Assembly (NCBI RefSeq): GCF_009914755.1
Contig: NC_060926.1
DNA from: the human T2T-CHM13v2.0 reference genome, Homo sapiens
Length of the DNA stretch: 64,000 nt
Direction: 5' to 3' (one strand)
Within the stretch, counting starts at the first letter, position 1; every line of letters begins with the position of its first letter. Below, piece after piece: positions 15,721 through 30,565 of this stretch. The notes beneath the pieces were generated by a model, which did not search any database, was not told where the DNA came from, and saw only the letters and a program-made list of their open reading frames with translations. The translations under genes were made by a program, and so were the position numbers.

Positions 15721-17889
15721 CACTGCTGGTGGCTCTTATTTCCTGTGGATTTATCATGGGCTATGCCAATGTAAAGTGAAGTATTAAGTCGTTCATATAA
15801 ATTGAACATTAGCACAGACCTTTATGAGACTACTGAAGTGAGCTGATAAGACTGGTGAAGGAAAGACTGTGTTAAATACTTGGTAGTTGCCTAAGTCTGA
15901 AAATTCATATTGTATCTTCCATATTTCTGCAAGTATTTTTCTATCTATCTATCTATGTGCCTCGGGGCCATTTTTTGTATCCTATGGGGAACCCAAGGAA
16001 AGAAGTCATGGTCTCTGCTTTCAGAAAATTACATGAAGTCGTTTGAGAGCCACACTGTTCTGTATATTCACATAGTGCACTTTGGGATGGAGGTCCCGAA
16101 GGGAAAGGGGCAGCCTGGGCATTAGGACTTCAATTTGGAGGCGGCTGGGCTGGAGTAGGGTCTTCCCAGGTAGACTGTGATTGGGAAGAGCAGAGATCCC
16201 CTCGGCCAGAGACAGAGCACAGTGAAAGCCCAGAACTGGACATGAGCATGATATGTTCCCCAATTCAAATTTCACTTTTCCAGATCATGACCTGCTTGTG
16301 AGCAGACCTTTGTCTCCATGGAGAGATGGGGGCAAGGGGAGAGACCGTGCAGCAGCCTGCGCTCTCACTGTCTACCCTAGAACCAGCCATTCCAGCAGCA
16401 TGTACTTTGCCTAAGCATTTGGTCCATATAGTATGGTCTCACATGTTTGTTAGCTTGTTAGCTCACTGGATCCTAGGTCTAAGCAATGCCATGGGCACCC
16501 ATTCTACAGCTGAAACTGAGGATCTTATGACTTAAGCAAGTCACAGCTTGTTGATGGGAGAAATGAAACTGAAACCCCTTCCTGGCCAGTGCGTCTCTCC
16601 TCTTACACCTTAGACTGATGGCTGGGAGGTTGATTTTATGACAGGACCCTGTTCTCATTTCTAAATAGAAAATTCATGTCTTTATTACTTTAGCCTTTAG
16701 ACCTCCTTCTGGTTCTTTTGCTTACTCTTCTCTTCCAAATCTTGGGGCCTGGACCTTCAGATTGGAGTTTCTGGGCTCTGCCAGGTTCCTACCCACCTTT
16801 GCCTGCCATCTTGGACTTCCTGAAAACATCACCTGTTCTTTTCTGAAGCTTTTCTGTGACTGACACATCTCAGCCCATCCTTCAGGAGCAGAGTTGCCTC
16901 TAAGCACTGGCTAATTCAGGATCCAGGCCTGGAAAGGTGCTATCCATCCCAGCCCCCTAACAACTGCAGGGTCCCATGGGGTCCACAGTGCTGTCCTTGG
17001 GCCATGATTATACCCTCCTGCTCCTGGGGGTGCTGGGCAGCTCAAAGCTCCTCTTGCTTCCAAGTCCAGCGAGCAAGCCAGAGCAAGCCAGGAACACAAC
17101 GAAGCCATTGTTCCTGATGGGTCAGAGGAGCTCAGCCTCCAAGCACAAGACACAAGACCCACACAAGCCATCACTGCTTCATGTTTTGCCTCAAGCAATC
17201 CAGTGAAGACTGACTTAAATGCTCCCGATTTTGTATTTTCAAAATGTAGGTGACTCAGGAGTAGGTACATGCCTGTGTGACCAGATGTGCAAGGACCAAG
17301 GTAGGGGCCCGAGCAGAATCAGCAATCGTTCAGCCATTGGGGGTCCTCCTGATGCTAGATATATTCCCCTCTAGGCAAGCAAACCCTGGTGGGCTGTGAC
17401 AACATCTCAGCACTTGTCTTGGTTGGCTGGCTTATGGATGAGGAATCTCTCTGGGAGAGGGACTCTGACCCAAGGCTGGAACCTCAGAAGGCCCTACCTA
17501 GTAGAGAAGGGCCAACCCTGCCCCTTCTGATCATGCAGGGCAAAACTGATCCCATTCCGCAGCATGGGCTTTGATGCCCATGTTCAGATGGGGGTGGAGA
17601 GTGAATGAACTGTTTTTTTTCTGGAGATCACGGAAATGCAGATTCATTTCTTTTACAACATGCAAGATTCAACCACTTAACATCCTTCCTCTCCTGGATC
17701 CCGCACAAAAGAGACTGCTTTTTTGTGAAAAAGAAACTTTTACCAGGAGGCCTGCAGAAGAACAGTCAGGTTAACCCGGCTCTTCCTTCCCTGAGGTAGT
17801 GGCCCTGGGTAAGACAGCACAGGATGTTATCTCAGATGCTGAGAGGGGCTGAGAAACAATGTCGCCCAACCCCATCACTTCTTTTTTTC

Positions 17890-18030
17890 AACCTCCTCAT
17901 TTTAGAGATGAGGAAACTGATGCCCAGGAAAACAAAGCGACTTGCCTACAGTCACACAGGGAGTTAGTGGCAGGGTGGGGGCCAGAGCCCAGGCCAGCAT
18001 CATGGGAACTGGGGCTGAACTCACGTAAGT
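17890..18030 (-). mobile_element. MIR
   Basis: ctcattttagagatgaggaaactga...gacttgcctacagtcacacag. Confidence 0.75.
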
Positions 18031-18899
18031 GAAAGGGCTGTGTTCTCTGCCCCAGAGGTCACCGCTCACTGTCTCAGCCAGCACTGGGCCTCCCACATGG
18101 CCCTTCCCAAATCTTCCTTCCAGCCTCCTGCTCCTCACTTCCCTCCGGCACTCTCAGTTCTTCCAAAAATGATCCTGTCATCCCCATTTCTTCCAAACAT
18201 TCCTCTGAGCTCAGCGACCCCTGTGGGAACTGCTTGGCCTCTCTGTGACCTCAAATGAAGTCTAAATCAATTCTTTCACTACTAGACTGAACTTTTCTTG
18301 GTCCCCCAGGACCCAGGAGAAAAGGATTTTGAAGTACTTCCCCAGCCCCACCTAATACACAGTGTTTAAAAATGATACTTCTTCGGCAATCATGATCCTT
18401 CCTTCTAGAAGCTTCCCAGCTAGTAGGGGAACCAAACAAAGCCCGCCTGGATGACTGAGACCCTGTCTGAGATGGTGTGGGATGATGGAGGCCCATGGCC
18501 CAGTTTTCCCAGCCAGTCCAAGCATTAGATCACGTGCTTCCGCGTCCCCGCGGGTGCAGCTGTACTTGGGCCAAGGGTCCCATCGCGGGTTCAGAAAGCA
18601 TGATAACTATTGATGCAAATGAGCCCTTGGTTGTTTTAGGGTGGACTTCAACTCCTGCAAATGTCCAGAGGAGGCCAGCAGAGATCAGCCTGGGTCTTAG
18701 GAGTGAAGAATCTCCCACCAGAGCTGGGATGGAAGAGGATTAGACAGGCAGCGGGAAAAGAGGTCATTCCAGGAGAAGTGGACCAGGGAGACAAAGGCCT
18801 GAGGCCAGAATGAGCAATACATGCAAGAGGCCCTGGGGGGCAGGCAGGACGGGAGCTGGGAAGGAGGGGGCGGCCGGGCAGCCTGGCAACTCACAACAC

Positions 18900-19060
18900 A
18901 GACCTAGAGTCAGACGGACCTAGGTTCAAATCCCAGCCCTGCTGCTTCCTGCTGTGTAACCTCAAGGAAGCCCCTTAAACATCTGATAGCCTAAGTCTGC
19001 TGTTCTGTAGAATGGTGGTGACAGCAGTCCCTACCTCATAGGGTTTAAAGCTGGAGATAC
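18900..19060 (+). mobile_element. MIR
   Basis: gagtcagacggacctaggttcaaatcccagc...ctacctcatagggtt. Confidence 0.75.
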
Positions 19061-19129
19061 AAATTTGGGTATGTGCAGTAGGTAAATTGTACTTAACTCC
19101 ATGAGCTGGGATGAAATATGCCTCTGAGA

Positions 19130-19545
19130 TAGAAGTGCAAAGAACAGAGGTCGGGAGACAGAACCTAGGCCACTGGTAGAAGCCAGACTGAGCAGGAGCA
19201 CCCAAGGAGCAGAAAGAAATCCAGGGGTATAGTATCTCAAAAGCCAAGTGATAAGGGTGCTGCGGGAAGTAGGGCATAGTGAACTGCATTACACACACAC
19301 TAGACTGAAAGGTAAGGGAAGGGGAAAAAAATTGACTCGGATTTGCCAACATGGAGCTCACCATCAACCTTAACAAGAGCAGGTTTGGTGGGGAGCTAAG
19401 GACAGCAGATTGGAGTAGACTGAGGAATGAGCTGGCTGGAGTGGGGAAACAGAGACCGTAGCAATATACAACTCGTTTGGGAAGGTTCCCTGTGCAGGAA
19501 AGCAGGGAAATGGAGTGGAGCAAGAGGATGACATGGGTCAGGGGA
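19130..19545 (-). mobile_element. L2 fragment
   Basis: ggatttgccaacatggagctcaccatcaaccttaacaagagc, purine-rich reverse L2 character. Confidence 0.6.
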
Positions 19546-19593
19546 GTGTGTGGGAGTGTATATGTGTGTGTGTGTGTATGTGTGTGTGTGTGT
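19546..19593. repeat. Interrupted (TG)n
   Basis: Seen directly. Confidence 0.85.
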
Positions 19594-19599
19594 GGTTTC

Positions 19600-20275
19600 A
19601 TATTTAATCGACTTTTATCTTAGAATAGTTTTAGGTTTACAGAAAGGCTGTGAGACCATTATAAGAGTTCCCTGCACTCAGTTTCCTCTATTATTTTATT
19701 TTATTTTTAGAATAGAGACGGGGTTTCCCTATGTTGCCCAGGCTGGTCTCAAACTCGTGGGCTCAAGTGATCCTCCTGCCTCGGCCTCCCAAAGCGGTAG
19801 GAATATAGACGTGAGCCACCGTGCCTGGCCTCCTCTATTGTTAACATTACTATGGTACATAAGTCACAATTAATGAACCAGTATTGGTACCTTATTATCT
19901 AAAGCCTGTACTTTATTCCAGTTTTTAGTGTTACTTAATATCTTTCTTTTTCTGTTCTAAGGTCCTATTCAGGATACCACATTACATTTACTTGTCACGT
20001 CTCCTTAGGCTTCTCTTAGGTTTTCCCCACTTTTGACGGCCTTGACAATTCTGAGGAGTGCTAGTTAAGTATTTTGTAGAACATCCTTCCATTTGGATTT
20101 GTCTGGTGTTTTTCTGGTTGGACAGAGGTTGTGGGTTTTGGAAAGGAAGACCAAAGAGGTACAGTGCCATTATCACCTCCTCACATCACAGCAAGGGTAC
20201 ATTCCGCCGTCATGACTCGTTGCCTTGATCACCTGGCTGAGGTGTTTTGTCAGGTCTCTCCACTGTAAAGTTACT
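19600..20275 (-). mobile_element. L1MC-type 3' end, interrupted by a FLAM
   Basis: agttttaggtttacagaaa, caggataccacattacattta, ttgatcacctggctgaggt motifs. Confidence 0.7.
19693..19830 (-). mobile_element. FLAM/Alu monomer with TSD tcctctatt
   Basis: Left-arm Alu sequence; tcctctatt at 19684-19692 and 19831-19839. Confidence 0.9.
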
Positions 20276-21039
20276 GGTTTTGGGGAGCCAGGAGGGACAT
20301 CATTTTTGAAGATGAGCTACATTAGGAAACGTATATACGGTGATGGCAGAAAGTTGATGAAGACAGGAAAGGGGGGGATAATTGCAGAAGTAAAATGATT
20401 GAAAAGGTGGGATGGGCACGGATGGAATCCACTGCACCATCGAGGGGCTGGCTTCAGACAGAAGCATGGACAGTTCATCGTTTTAAAAGGGGGAAGGCAG
20501 AGAAGAGAGTAAAGCCTTAGTCCGTCAGGTGGAATTGGTGGTGGGAGGATAATAAGCAATCTCTAGTCTGATCGCTATTTCCCCAGTGATATATGAGGCT
20601 GTCAGAGGTTTGAAGAGATACAAGTATGAAATAGTCACTAGAAGGTCAGACTGATCGATGATCAGTATCAGAAGCTCAGGTGAGATTTATGGTCATGAAC
20701 TGGCCCATGGCACAATTGTGTTTTCTTCTAGCCACACTGTTCTACTCTAATGGAGACTGAATGGGTGGGTAGTTGAGTTTACCAGGTTGTGGTTCAGCCA
20801 GGACGGTATGTTTAAGGGAGTGAGGAAAGTTTCCAGTAGGATGACTATTACGATGGATCACTAAGTTGTGTGAGAAGGAAAGAAAAAATGAATAGGTTCA
20901 TGATCAATGAAAAAAATGGCAGGCTCAGTGAATTGGAGGTCTTAGTGAGGTCACAGTGGTCAGTGTGATATGTTAGAGAAAGGAACCATGTGGATGGGGC
21001 ACAGTTGTCAGAGGAGAGGAAACTTACAGTTGAGATCTC

Positions 21040-21570
21040 ACATACATAGGACCCAGCAATGACCACTTCTAGGTATTTTAAAGAAGTCAAGATTTTAAGT
21101 CCACACAAAATCTGCACACAAATGTTCATCCTCACCAAGAACTGAAAACAACCCAAATGTCCTTCGACAGGGGTAGATTTTTAAAAAACTGTAATATATC
21201 TACACAATGGACTACTACTCAGCAATAAAAGTTAACATGCTTGATTCAAACAACAGCATGGATGAATCTCAAAGGTATTATTCTTTTGAACAAAAGAGGC
21301 CAGTACCAAAAGGGCACATTCTATATAATTCCATTTATATGGCATTCTAGAAAAGGCAAAAATACAGGAACAGAGAACAGCTCATTGCTTGCCAGAAGGC
21401 AGGGGTGAGGAGAGATGAGGGCGTTCTCTGGAGTATTGGAACTGTTGCTTGTACTGTCTGTGGTGGTGGCTGTGAGAATCCACGCGTGTCTAAGAAACCA
21501 TAGACCTGTACATCAGAAAAAGAATTTTACATATGTAAACTTAAGACATTTTTTAAATAAAAGCAAATTT
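21040..21570 (+). mobile_element. Old L1M 3' fragment inserted in L2-like sequence
   Basis: acccagcaat, aacaacccaaatgtcc, tactactcagcaataaaa, catggatgaatctcaaa. Confidence 0.7.
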
Positions 21571-22967
21571 TCAGATCTCAGAGGTGGCTGAAATCAAAGA
21601 AGGCAAGGGTCTGATGAAGTTGGGGAGCCAGGATGTTGTCAGAGTGGTCCAGGTGGGTGTCAGCGTCCGTGAAAGTAAAGGTGGATGGAGAGAGGAGCTG
21701 GGGACTGAAGTCACTGGGGGAAGAAAAAAAGAGTCTGAGGACTGAGAGGGAGAAATGAGTAACCCCTCTACGTCCAGGCCCTGCCTGACACCTGCCTGTA
21801 GGCGACAGAAACCAGCCTCAACCTGAGTGGCTGCAAGGAGCAGGGAGCTTGAGGACAGCCAGGCTTCAGTGAAAGAAGGTAAAGGCCCCTTCAGAGGAGG
21901 GGAGGCTCTAGGAGACAGAGTTCTCGATAATGCAGTGGAAGGGTCTGGAGGTGAGGAGGGGTGAAGGGAAGCGGATGTGCAGAACTCTCCCAGGACAAGG
22001 GCCACGTGGTGACTGATGACCTGGAAGGCTTGGTCTGCAGTGGTGACCGAGGAAGACAATTAGGAGGGACAGCATGTTGCCAAGAGGTCTCTCAGAGGTT
22101 CGAGCAAGACCGCCAGCGGGGGCAGGGTGCTGACCTCTTCTGTAGCTGGAAGGGAGATCCAGCATGCTCCCCAGGCATGGGCAGAGCTTTCTGGCCCTCC
22201 TCTTGTCCTGCAGCACCTAGGGACCAACATACATGCACACTCACAGAACGCAAAGTGGGTTTGTGTTTGTTTGTTGATTTCCAACAGCAGGTATCAGGGT
22301 GGCCAGGGGACAGCTCCCTCCATCTCTGTCCTGATCTTGGCTTTAAACTATGTGGGTGGGCCCAGCACTTGTAGGAACAAAAAAAGAAAACAGCTGCAGT
22401 TAGAGAAGACCCATTTGGCCTAAAACAAAGAACTTTTTCCCCATCCTCATTAGCCTGGTTGAGGCGAGGGCAGCTGAGCGTGAACATTGACATCATTTTG
22501 GGGGCCTCACTAAAGGCTAAGGCAGTGCTCTAACTAAGACTCAAGTCTGGATGAGAAAGCTGACTCAGACCGGGGTGGGTTGGCCTGCACGGGTTTGGGA
22601 GATCCTGGGTACGTGTGTCCACTCCTGCTTAAAATGTGGAGCACCAGCTGTGCTGGCCAGCGTGGGCTCTGCCGCGATGGTCATCATTCCCACCCCCCTA
22701 CATGCTGTGGACCAACTCTGAGCTCTGCTGGGCTGTGCTCGGGGCATGGGACTGGTCATGGGTCGCTCACTTTCTGACTGAAGAAAATTGGAAAATTCGT
22801 GGGAAACTGCCCTCTAAGCCACTCCGAGCCCAGAATCCCTTTCAGGACATCTCCCTGGCCACTCACACCCTCATGGGAGAACTTCTGAAAAAGAGTAGAG
22901 GACCCAGTCTCTGCTCAAGTTTCCAGGAGCCAGCTGTGGGTGGCATCTGTAGCTCTCCGGGGGTGGC

Positions 22968-22990
22968 GGGGGGGGGGGGGGGGGGGGGGG
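22968..22990 (+). repeat. G23 mononucleotide run
   Basis: 23 consecutive G, flanked by GGGGG and GGGG runs. Confidence 0.95.
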
Positions 22991-23609
22991 CAGGGGATAA
23001 GACTGATTGATCTTTAACTTCCTGGGTCCAATAATGACTCACATGGGTGAAGGATGAAATTCCAGGCATCACAGCAGGCTAGCAAAAGGCATATTCTAAG
23101 CAGGAGGAGGTGGACGGGGTCTTCTGGGTATTCCTCAAGTCACTCCAGGTAGACCCATCCCCTCTCATAAATCTGCACTTTTTATTTCTACAAGCAGAGG
23201 TGGGGGTGGACTTGTAGCAGTACTCACAGTCAGAAAGTAGAGACAGTCACAGTGACTTTATTATTTATTAGGCTGAGCTTGACCAGAGTATCTCATTCAT
23301 TCATCACAATAGTCCTGTGAGCTCATAGGATCATAATTATTGCCATTTGGAGATGAAGAAACCGAGACAGAGAGAAATACAGTCACTTTGCCAAGGAAGT
23401 GCCTTTGATATTGAGTATGGGAATTTCTGAAAAATAACTTATTAATAAATGAGTACTAGCCTATAAAGTAATCGTAGAAATAATGTGACCCTAAAAATGC
23501 ATTAATAGAAGAACAATATGGAGAAAAAAGGAATGGGTAATCCCACAATACTATGGGCTAGGAAGCCACCCCGATAATATTATATCCCTCTCTCGGCACC
23601 AGGTTTTAA

Positions 23610-23830
23610 TAAACAGGAATGAATTCAAAGAAGGATGACTAAAATGGTGAGGAGACTCTCAACTATGTTACAAACACTGACTAGAAAAGCTGAGGAAGTT
23701 TGTACTGGAGAAAATAAGGTTTGGGGGAGCTCAAAAGCCCACCTGCAAATATCTGGAAAAGCAGAAGGTGTAGAACTTTTTTGGGTGGCTCCACAGGATA
23801 GAATCAGGCCTACAGGTGCAGGAAAACAGA
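23610..23830 (+). mobile_element. L3/CR1 fragment
   Basis: agaaggatgactaaaatggtgaggagact...ctggagaaaataagg...caaatatctg resembles the CR1 3' ORF region. Confidence 0.55.
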
Positions 23831-24659
23831 GTCCAGCTGAACGCAAATACACTCGGAAACAAACTTCACCCTTTCCCTGATGTTTCAGTGTTTACTTGCT
23901 CAGAATAACAGAGAAATCCCTTTACTCTGATCACCAGAGAAAGCTATTTAGAACATGATGGGCTAAGGATAACAGGAAAAGGTAAAGAAAAACTATGATT
24001 GCAAAACTTCGCTCACATCTCTGTGTAGATAAAGCTTGGTTGTGAAAGATAGACGGCCCATATGCAACCCAGGATGACCAGAGGGGAACTGGCACTGCCC
24101 CTTAACTGTGAGCCGAAAAAATGGTGCAAATTATGGTGAATTTAAATTTTAAAATGTGTTTCTTCCTTAATAGAGATTTAGACTGCATGGCCTTCATGGA
24201 CTACTGTTTCTCTTTGAGAGGTACTGTGGCATTACATCTGAAGTTAGGAAGAAAGCAAAAAACCCCACAAGTCAGAATTCCCCTCGAGAACCCCTAAGGA
24301 AGGTGTGACCACGCTGAAAACCAACACCCCACTTCTCCAGCGCAGTCAGCTTTTCCTCCGGTGTCAGAACAATTGTGGTTTCTTTGGATGAGCACCAGAT
24401 GAAATAATTGGCTCATATCTAGAGATCACCTTGTAAAGAAAACACATCTTTAAACACAACTATACTCAGCACAGCAAGATGCTCACATCTCCAGAGGGAT
24501 GGGGTGACTGAGATTCCCTAAAGAAACACAGGATCCACAACTCCTTTCTCATCCTTTCTCAGGGGCATATGGTCATTTCCTGGAATGATCTATTAGCATA
24601 CTTACCCGTATTCAGAGGTAGATCCAGATTTTGAAGGGCTTGTTAATGGTATGTGCCTT

Positions 24660-24789
24660 TGCTGGGCATGGTGGCACACACCTATAGTCCCAGCTACTTG
24701 GCAGGCTGGGGCAGGAGGATCACTTGAGCCCAGGAGTTCAAATCCAGCGTGGGAAACACAGAAAGACCCCATCTCCATTAAAAAAAAAA
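24660..24789 (+). mobile_element. FLAM/Alu monomer
   Basis: Single Alu arm with A tail. Confidence 0.85.
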
Positions 24790-24964
24790 TAGTATGTACC
24801 CTTGACATGATATAATAAAAATGATATTTTACCTCTATGATTCTTCCCCCTAAAAACCTTTAGGGAATCTCAGTCTAATCATGAGAAAGAGAATCAGACA
24901 AATCCCAACTGAGGAACATTCTACAAAAAAACCTCATTAGAACTCCTCAAAACTGTCAAGGTCA

Positions 24965-25550
<586 letters not shown>

Positions 25551-26021
25551 GGAATGTGCTTTCTTAAACAGGATCCTATAATAAAGAAAAGAACATTAGG
25601 TAAAAACTAAGGAAATGTGAGTAAAATACGGGCTTTAGTTAATAATGATGTATCAATATTGGTTCATTAATTATAGGGAATGTACTATACTAAGATGTTA
25701 ATCATAGAGAAAAACTGGGTGTGAGGCATATGGTAATTCTTTGTATGATTTTTGCAATTTTTCTGTAAATCTAAAACTATACTTAAATAAATGTTTTTTC
25801 AAACTATGCCAGATGAGAGCAAGGAAAACACAGGAGGGAATACAAAGCTAAGAAAAGGTAGATAAATGAGTAAATCTAAGTGAATATTGACTGTTAATAA
25901 TTGTAGGGTTTAAAATAAATGTGGAATGAACGTATGTGAAAACAATGGCACAAAAGGTGAGAAGAAGTACATGGAGTTAAGTGGCTTTCAGTCTTTGCCT
26001 TGTCTAGAAAGTGGTCAATGT

Positions 26022-26324
26022 GGACGGGTGCGATGGCTCACGCCTGTAATCCCAGCACTTTGGGAGGCCGAGGCAGGCGGATCATGAGGTCAGGAGATCA
26101 AGACCATCCTGGACAACATGGTGAAAACCCGTCTTTACTAAAATACAAAAAATTAGCCAGGTGTGGTGTCACGCGCCTGTAATCTCAGCTACTCAGAAGG
26201 CCAAGGCAGGAGAATCCCTTGAACCAGGGAGTCAGAGATTGCAGTGAGCCAAGATCGCACCACTGCACTCCAGCCTGGCAACAGAGCAAGACTCCATCTC
26301 CAAAAAAAAAAAAAAGAAAAAGAA
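26022..26324 (+). mobile_element. AluS with 16-bp TSD
   Basis: agaaagtggtcaatgt at 26006-26021 and 26325-26340. Confidence 0.93.
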
Positions 26325-26403
26325 AGAAAGTGGTCAATGTAATTATTTATATTAGATGCTAATAAATCAAGGATGCATGTTGTAATTACTAGAGCGATCA
26401 TTA

Positions 26404-26913
<510 letters not shown>

Positions 26914-29746
26914 TTAAATATTAATAGTTCCATTAAATGACAAATATTACCAGACCAGGTTAAAAGATATATAAAGACTGCTTACAGGAAATATGCCTTA
27001 TAAATAAGGATACAGACAGGAGACAGTGAAAAGACAAAAAGAAACCATGCAAACACAACTCCCTCCAAAAAAGCTGGTGTAGCATACTAATATCAAATAG
27101 GTAGACTTTGAGGAAGAAGCATTAACCAAAATAAAGAGTGACTTTTCATAATAATAAAAGGGTCAATACAATAGGGAGGTTTCATAATTCTGTATTTGTA
27201 TGTACCTAATAAGCCTCAGGAATTAATACTACCACAAGGAAAACTAGAAAATCTATAATCATAACAGGAGATTTTAACACATCTCGCTCAGTAACTGATA
27301 GAACAAGCAGAAAAAAAAGTAAATGAGGATCAAGAAAATGAAAAGACAAGCAATAAAAGGGAGAAAATAGTTACAAATCATATATCTGCTAAGGGACTAA
27401 TATCCAGAATGGATAAAGGACACTTACACCTCAACAACTGAAAGGAAAATAACTCTATTTAAGATTCCTCCAAATATTCCTCCAAAGAAGATATACAGAT
27501 GGCCAATTAAATGTATCAAAAAGACACTCAATGTCATTACAGACATGCAAATTAAAACCACAATAAGATACCCCTTCACACATCACTATGCTGACTAAAA
27601 TTTAAAAGATGGGCAATAAAAAGTGTTGCTAAAGATGTGGAGAAATAGAAACACTCATACATTGCTAGTAGAAATGTAAAATGGCATGCAAAGTCCTTTG
27701 GAGAACGGTCTGGCAGTTCCTCAAAGAGTTAAACAGAATTGCCATATGACCTGCAATTTCACTCCTAGATATATACTCAAGAGAACTGAAAACATATGTT
27801 CACATAAAAACTTATATACAAATATTTACAGCAGCACTATTCATAATAGCCCAAAAGTAGAAACAACCTAAACATCCATCAGCTGATAAATGAATAAACA
27901 AGATGAGGTGTAGACATACAATGGAATATTATTCAGCCATATAAAGTCATGGGAGTACTAATACATGCAACAATATGAATGAATCTCAAAACCATTATGA
28001 TAAATGAAAGGTGCCAGACACAAAGGCCACATATTACATGATTCTACTCATGTGAAATGTCCAGAATTAGTAAATTCAAGGAGTAAATTAGTAAATTACT
28101 CCAATGTCCAGAATTACTCAATTTAATTAGTAAATTAGTGATTGCCAAGGGCTGAAGGGATAAATAAGGAGGGTTTCTCTTTGACGTGATGCAAATGTTC
28201 TAGAATTAGTAGTAATGGTTGCACAATTTTATTAAAATACTAATTGTACGCTTTCAAAGGGTGTATATGGCATGTGAATTACGTCTCTATTTTAAAATAA
28301 AGATATGAGGGACTGAAGTATACAATTTAAAAACAAGACCTAATTGACATATTCTGTGCCCAAATACAGAATAAACATTCTTTTAGATGCATATAGGGGA
28401 ATTTACGAAAATTGGCCATGTGCTAGACTATAGTGCTAGTGCCAAGGAAGCCATAACACATTTCAAAGGTTTAAAATGACTCACCATATATTCCTTGACC
28501 ACAATGAAATTAAACTAGAAATAAATGACCAAACATAGGTTTAAGAATCACCGAGTGTTGAATTTAAGCAATACACTTCTAAATAACCATGAATCAAAAA
28601 ATACTACTTTGGAAATTAGGACATATTTTGAGTATTAATATAAATGGTGTACCAAAGCTTCTGGGATTCAGTTAAAGCCATGCTTAAAGGAAAATTTATA
28701 GCCTTAAATGGATGTATTAGAAAAGAAGAAAGGATGAAAACCAATGCTGTAAGTACTTACATCAAGCAGCTAGAAAGCAAACAGTAATTGAACATCACAG
28801 AAAAATAGAAATAAATGAGGAAAACTTAATAATTTATTAATAGAAAACAAGTACAAAATAGAGAAAAATCAACAAAGCCAAAGTTAGTTCTTTGAAAAAA
28901 CTGATAAAATTGATAAACACCTACCAAGATTCATCAGGAAGAGACAGAATGGGCACAAATTACTAATATCAGGAATTAAAATTAAAGATTATAGAAGAAT
29001 ATTTGAAACAATTTTATGCCATTAAAAACTAGGTGAAATACACTAACTCCTTGAAAAAAATCAAACTGATCAAGACTGACACTAGAAAATAGAGAAAATA
29101 TGAATAGTTCTACATTTACTTTGAAAAGTGAGTCCTTAAATAAAACATTCTAAGAAAACTTCAGTCCCAGATGGCATAACCACTAAATTCTCCCAAATGT
29201 GTGAGGAATATCATTCTGTCTCCAATACATTTAGAGAATAGAAAAAGAGGGAACACTTGGAACTCATTAGTGAGGCCAATATATCCTTGACATCAAAGCT
29301 TGGCAGACATACAACAATTTAAAAAAATTGCAGGCCAATCTCTCTCACAAGCCTCAATTCAAATATCTTCAAGAAACTATTATCAAATCAAATCCGGTGG
29401 TACATGAAAAGGACAATGCATTCCAAGTAATCTGGGTTTATTACAGAGATACATGTTTAGTTTAATAAAGAACAATTGGATCAATATAATTTATCATATT
29501 AACAGAATAAAGAAAAAACCTATCTCAATAGATGTAGAAAATACATTTGATAAAATTTGAAATGCATTATTTTATTAAAATAAATTCTTAGCACATAAGC
29601 ACAGAGAATAACTTCCTGACTCTTATAAAGAATATTTATTTTAAAGCTTGTATAAAACATCATACTTAATGGTGAAATCTAAAAGCTTTCCCCTGAAAGA
29701 AACAAGACAAGGATGTCAACTATCATCACTTCTATTCAACATTAAA

Positions 29747-30565
29747 TGAGATAGAAAAAAACAAAGTCAGTTTCTCCTATTCCCTACTTTCACAGTCACT
29801 CAACACAAAACTTTTGACACACCAACCAACCAATTTTCCAGCAGACACCAATTGGATGTCCTATAATTCAACACAATTCCGACACTACCTACCTGGAGAT
29901 AGTATCAGATCCTACAGGTTGAGGGCTCAGTCCCACAGTATTGTCCCCGACTTCAGATGCTAGTCACAAGTAATAAGCTCTACCTATACTTCTGATGGAC
30001 TGGAAATAAATCGGGGATTCCTGTAAACCCCTCGTTGGGCTCAATAATTTTCTGCAGCATCTCGCGGGACTCAGGGAAACACTTTACTTATGTTTACCCA
30101 TTTATGATAAAGGATACTACAAAGGATATAGATGAACAACCAAATGAAGGACATACATAGGGCAAGGTATGGGAGAAGGAACGCAGAGCTTCCATGCCCT
30201 CTTCAGCAGTGCCACCCTCCAGAACCTCAGTGTGTTCAGCTATTCAGAAGCTCCCTGAATCCAGTCCTTTTGGGTTTTTATGAAGTATCCATATTACTTA
30301 GGCATGATTAAATCATTGGCCATTGGTGGTCAACTGAACCTTCAGCCCCAGAGGTTGGGGGGATTGGGCTGAAAGTCCTAACCCTCTAATCATGTCTTGG
30401 TCTTTCTGGCAACCAGTCCCCACCCTGAAGTTATCGAAGGGCTCTCCACCACCTGTCATCTTCTGAGCATACAGAAGACACTCGTCATCACTCTGGAGAT
30501 GTCAAAGGTTTAGGAACTGTCAGGAAAAGGGGATGAAGACTAAATATATATTTCACAATATTACA
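29747..30565 (-). mobile_element. MER21-family solo LTR (ERVL) inserted in L1
   Basis: Reverse complement begins tgtaatattgtgaaatatatatt; internal ctggagatagtatcagatcctacaggttgagggctcagtcccac; L1 ORF2 resumes on both sides. Confidence 0.75.

Noticed and set aside
18975-19601. 208-aa minus-strand ORF
   Set aside because: Built from a (TG)n repeat, L2 and MIR sequence; no protein-like composition or splice support.
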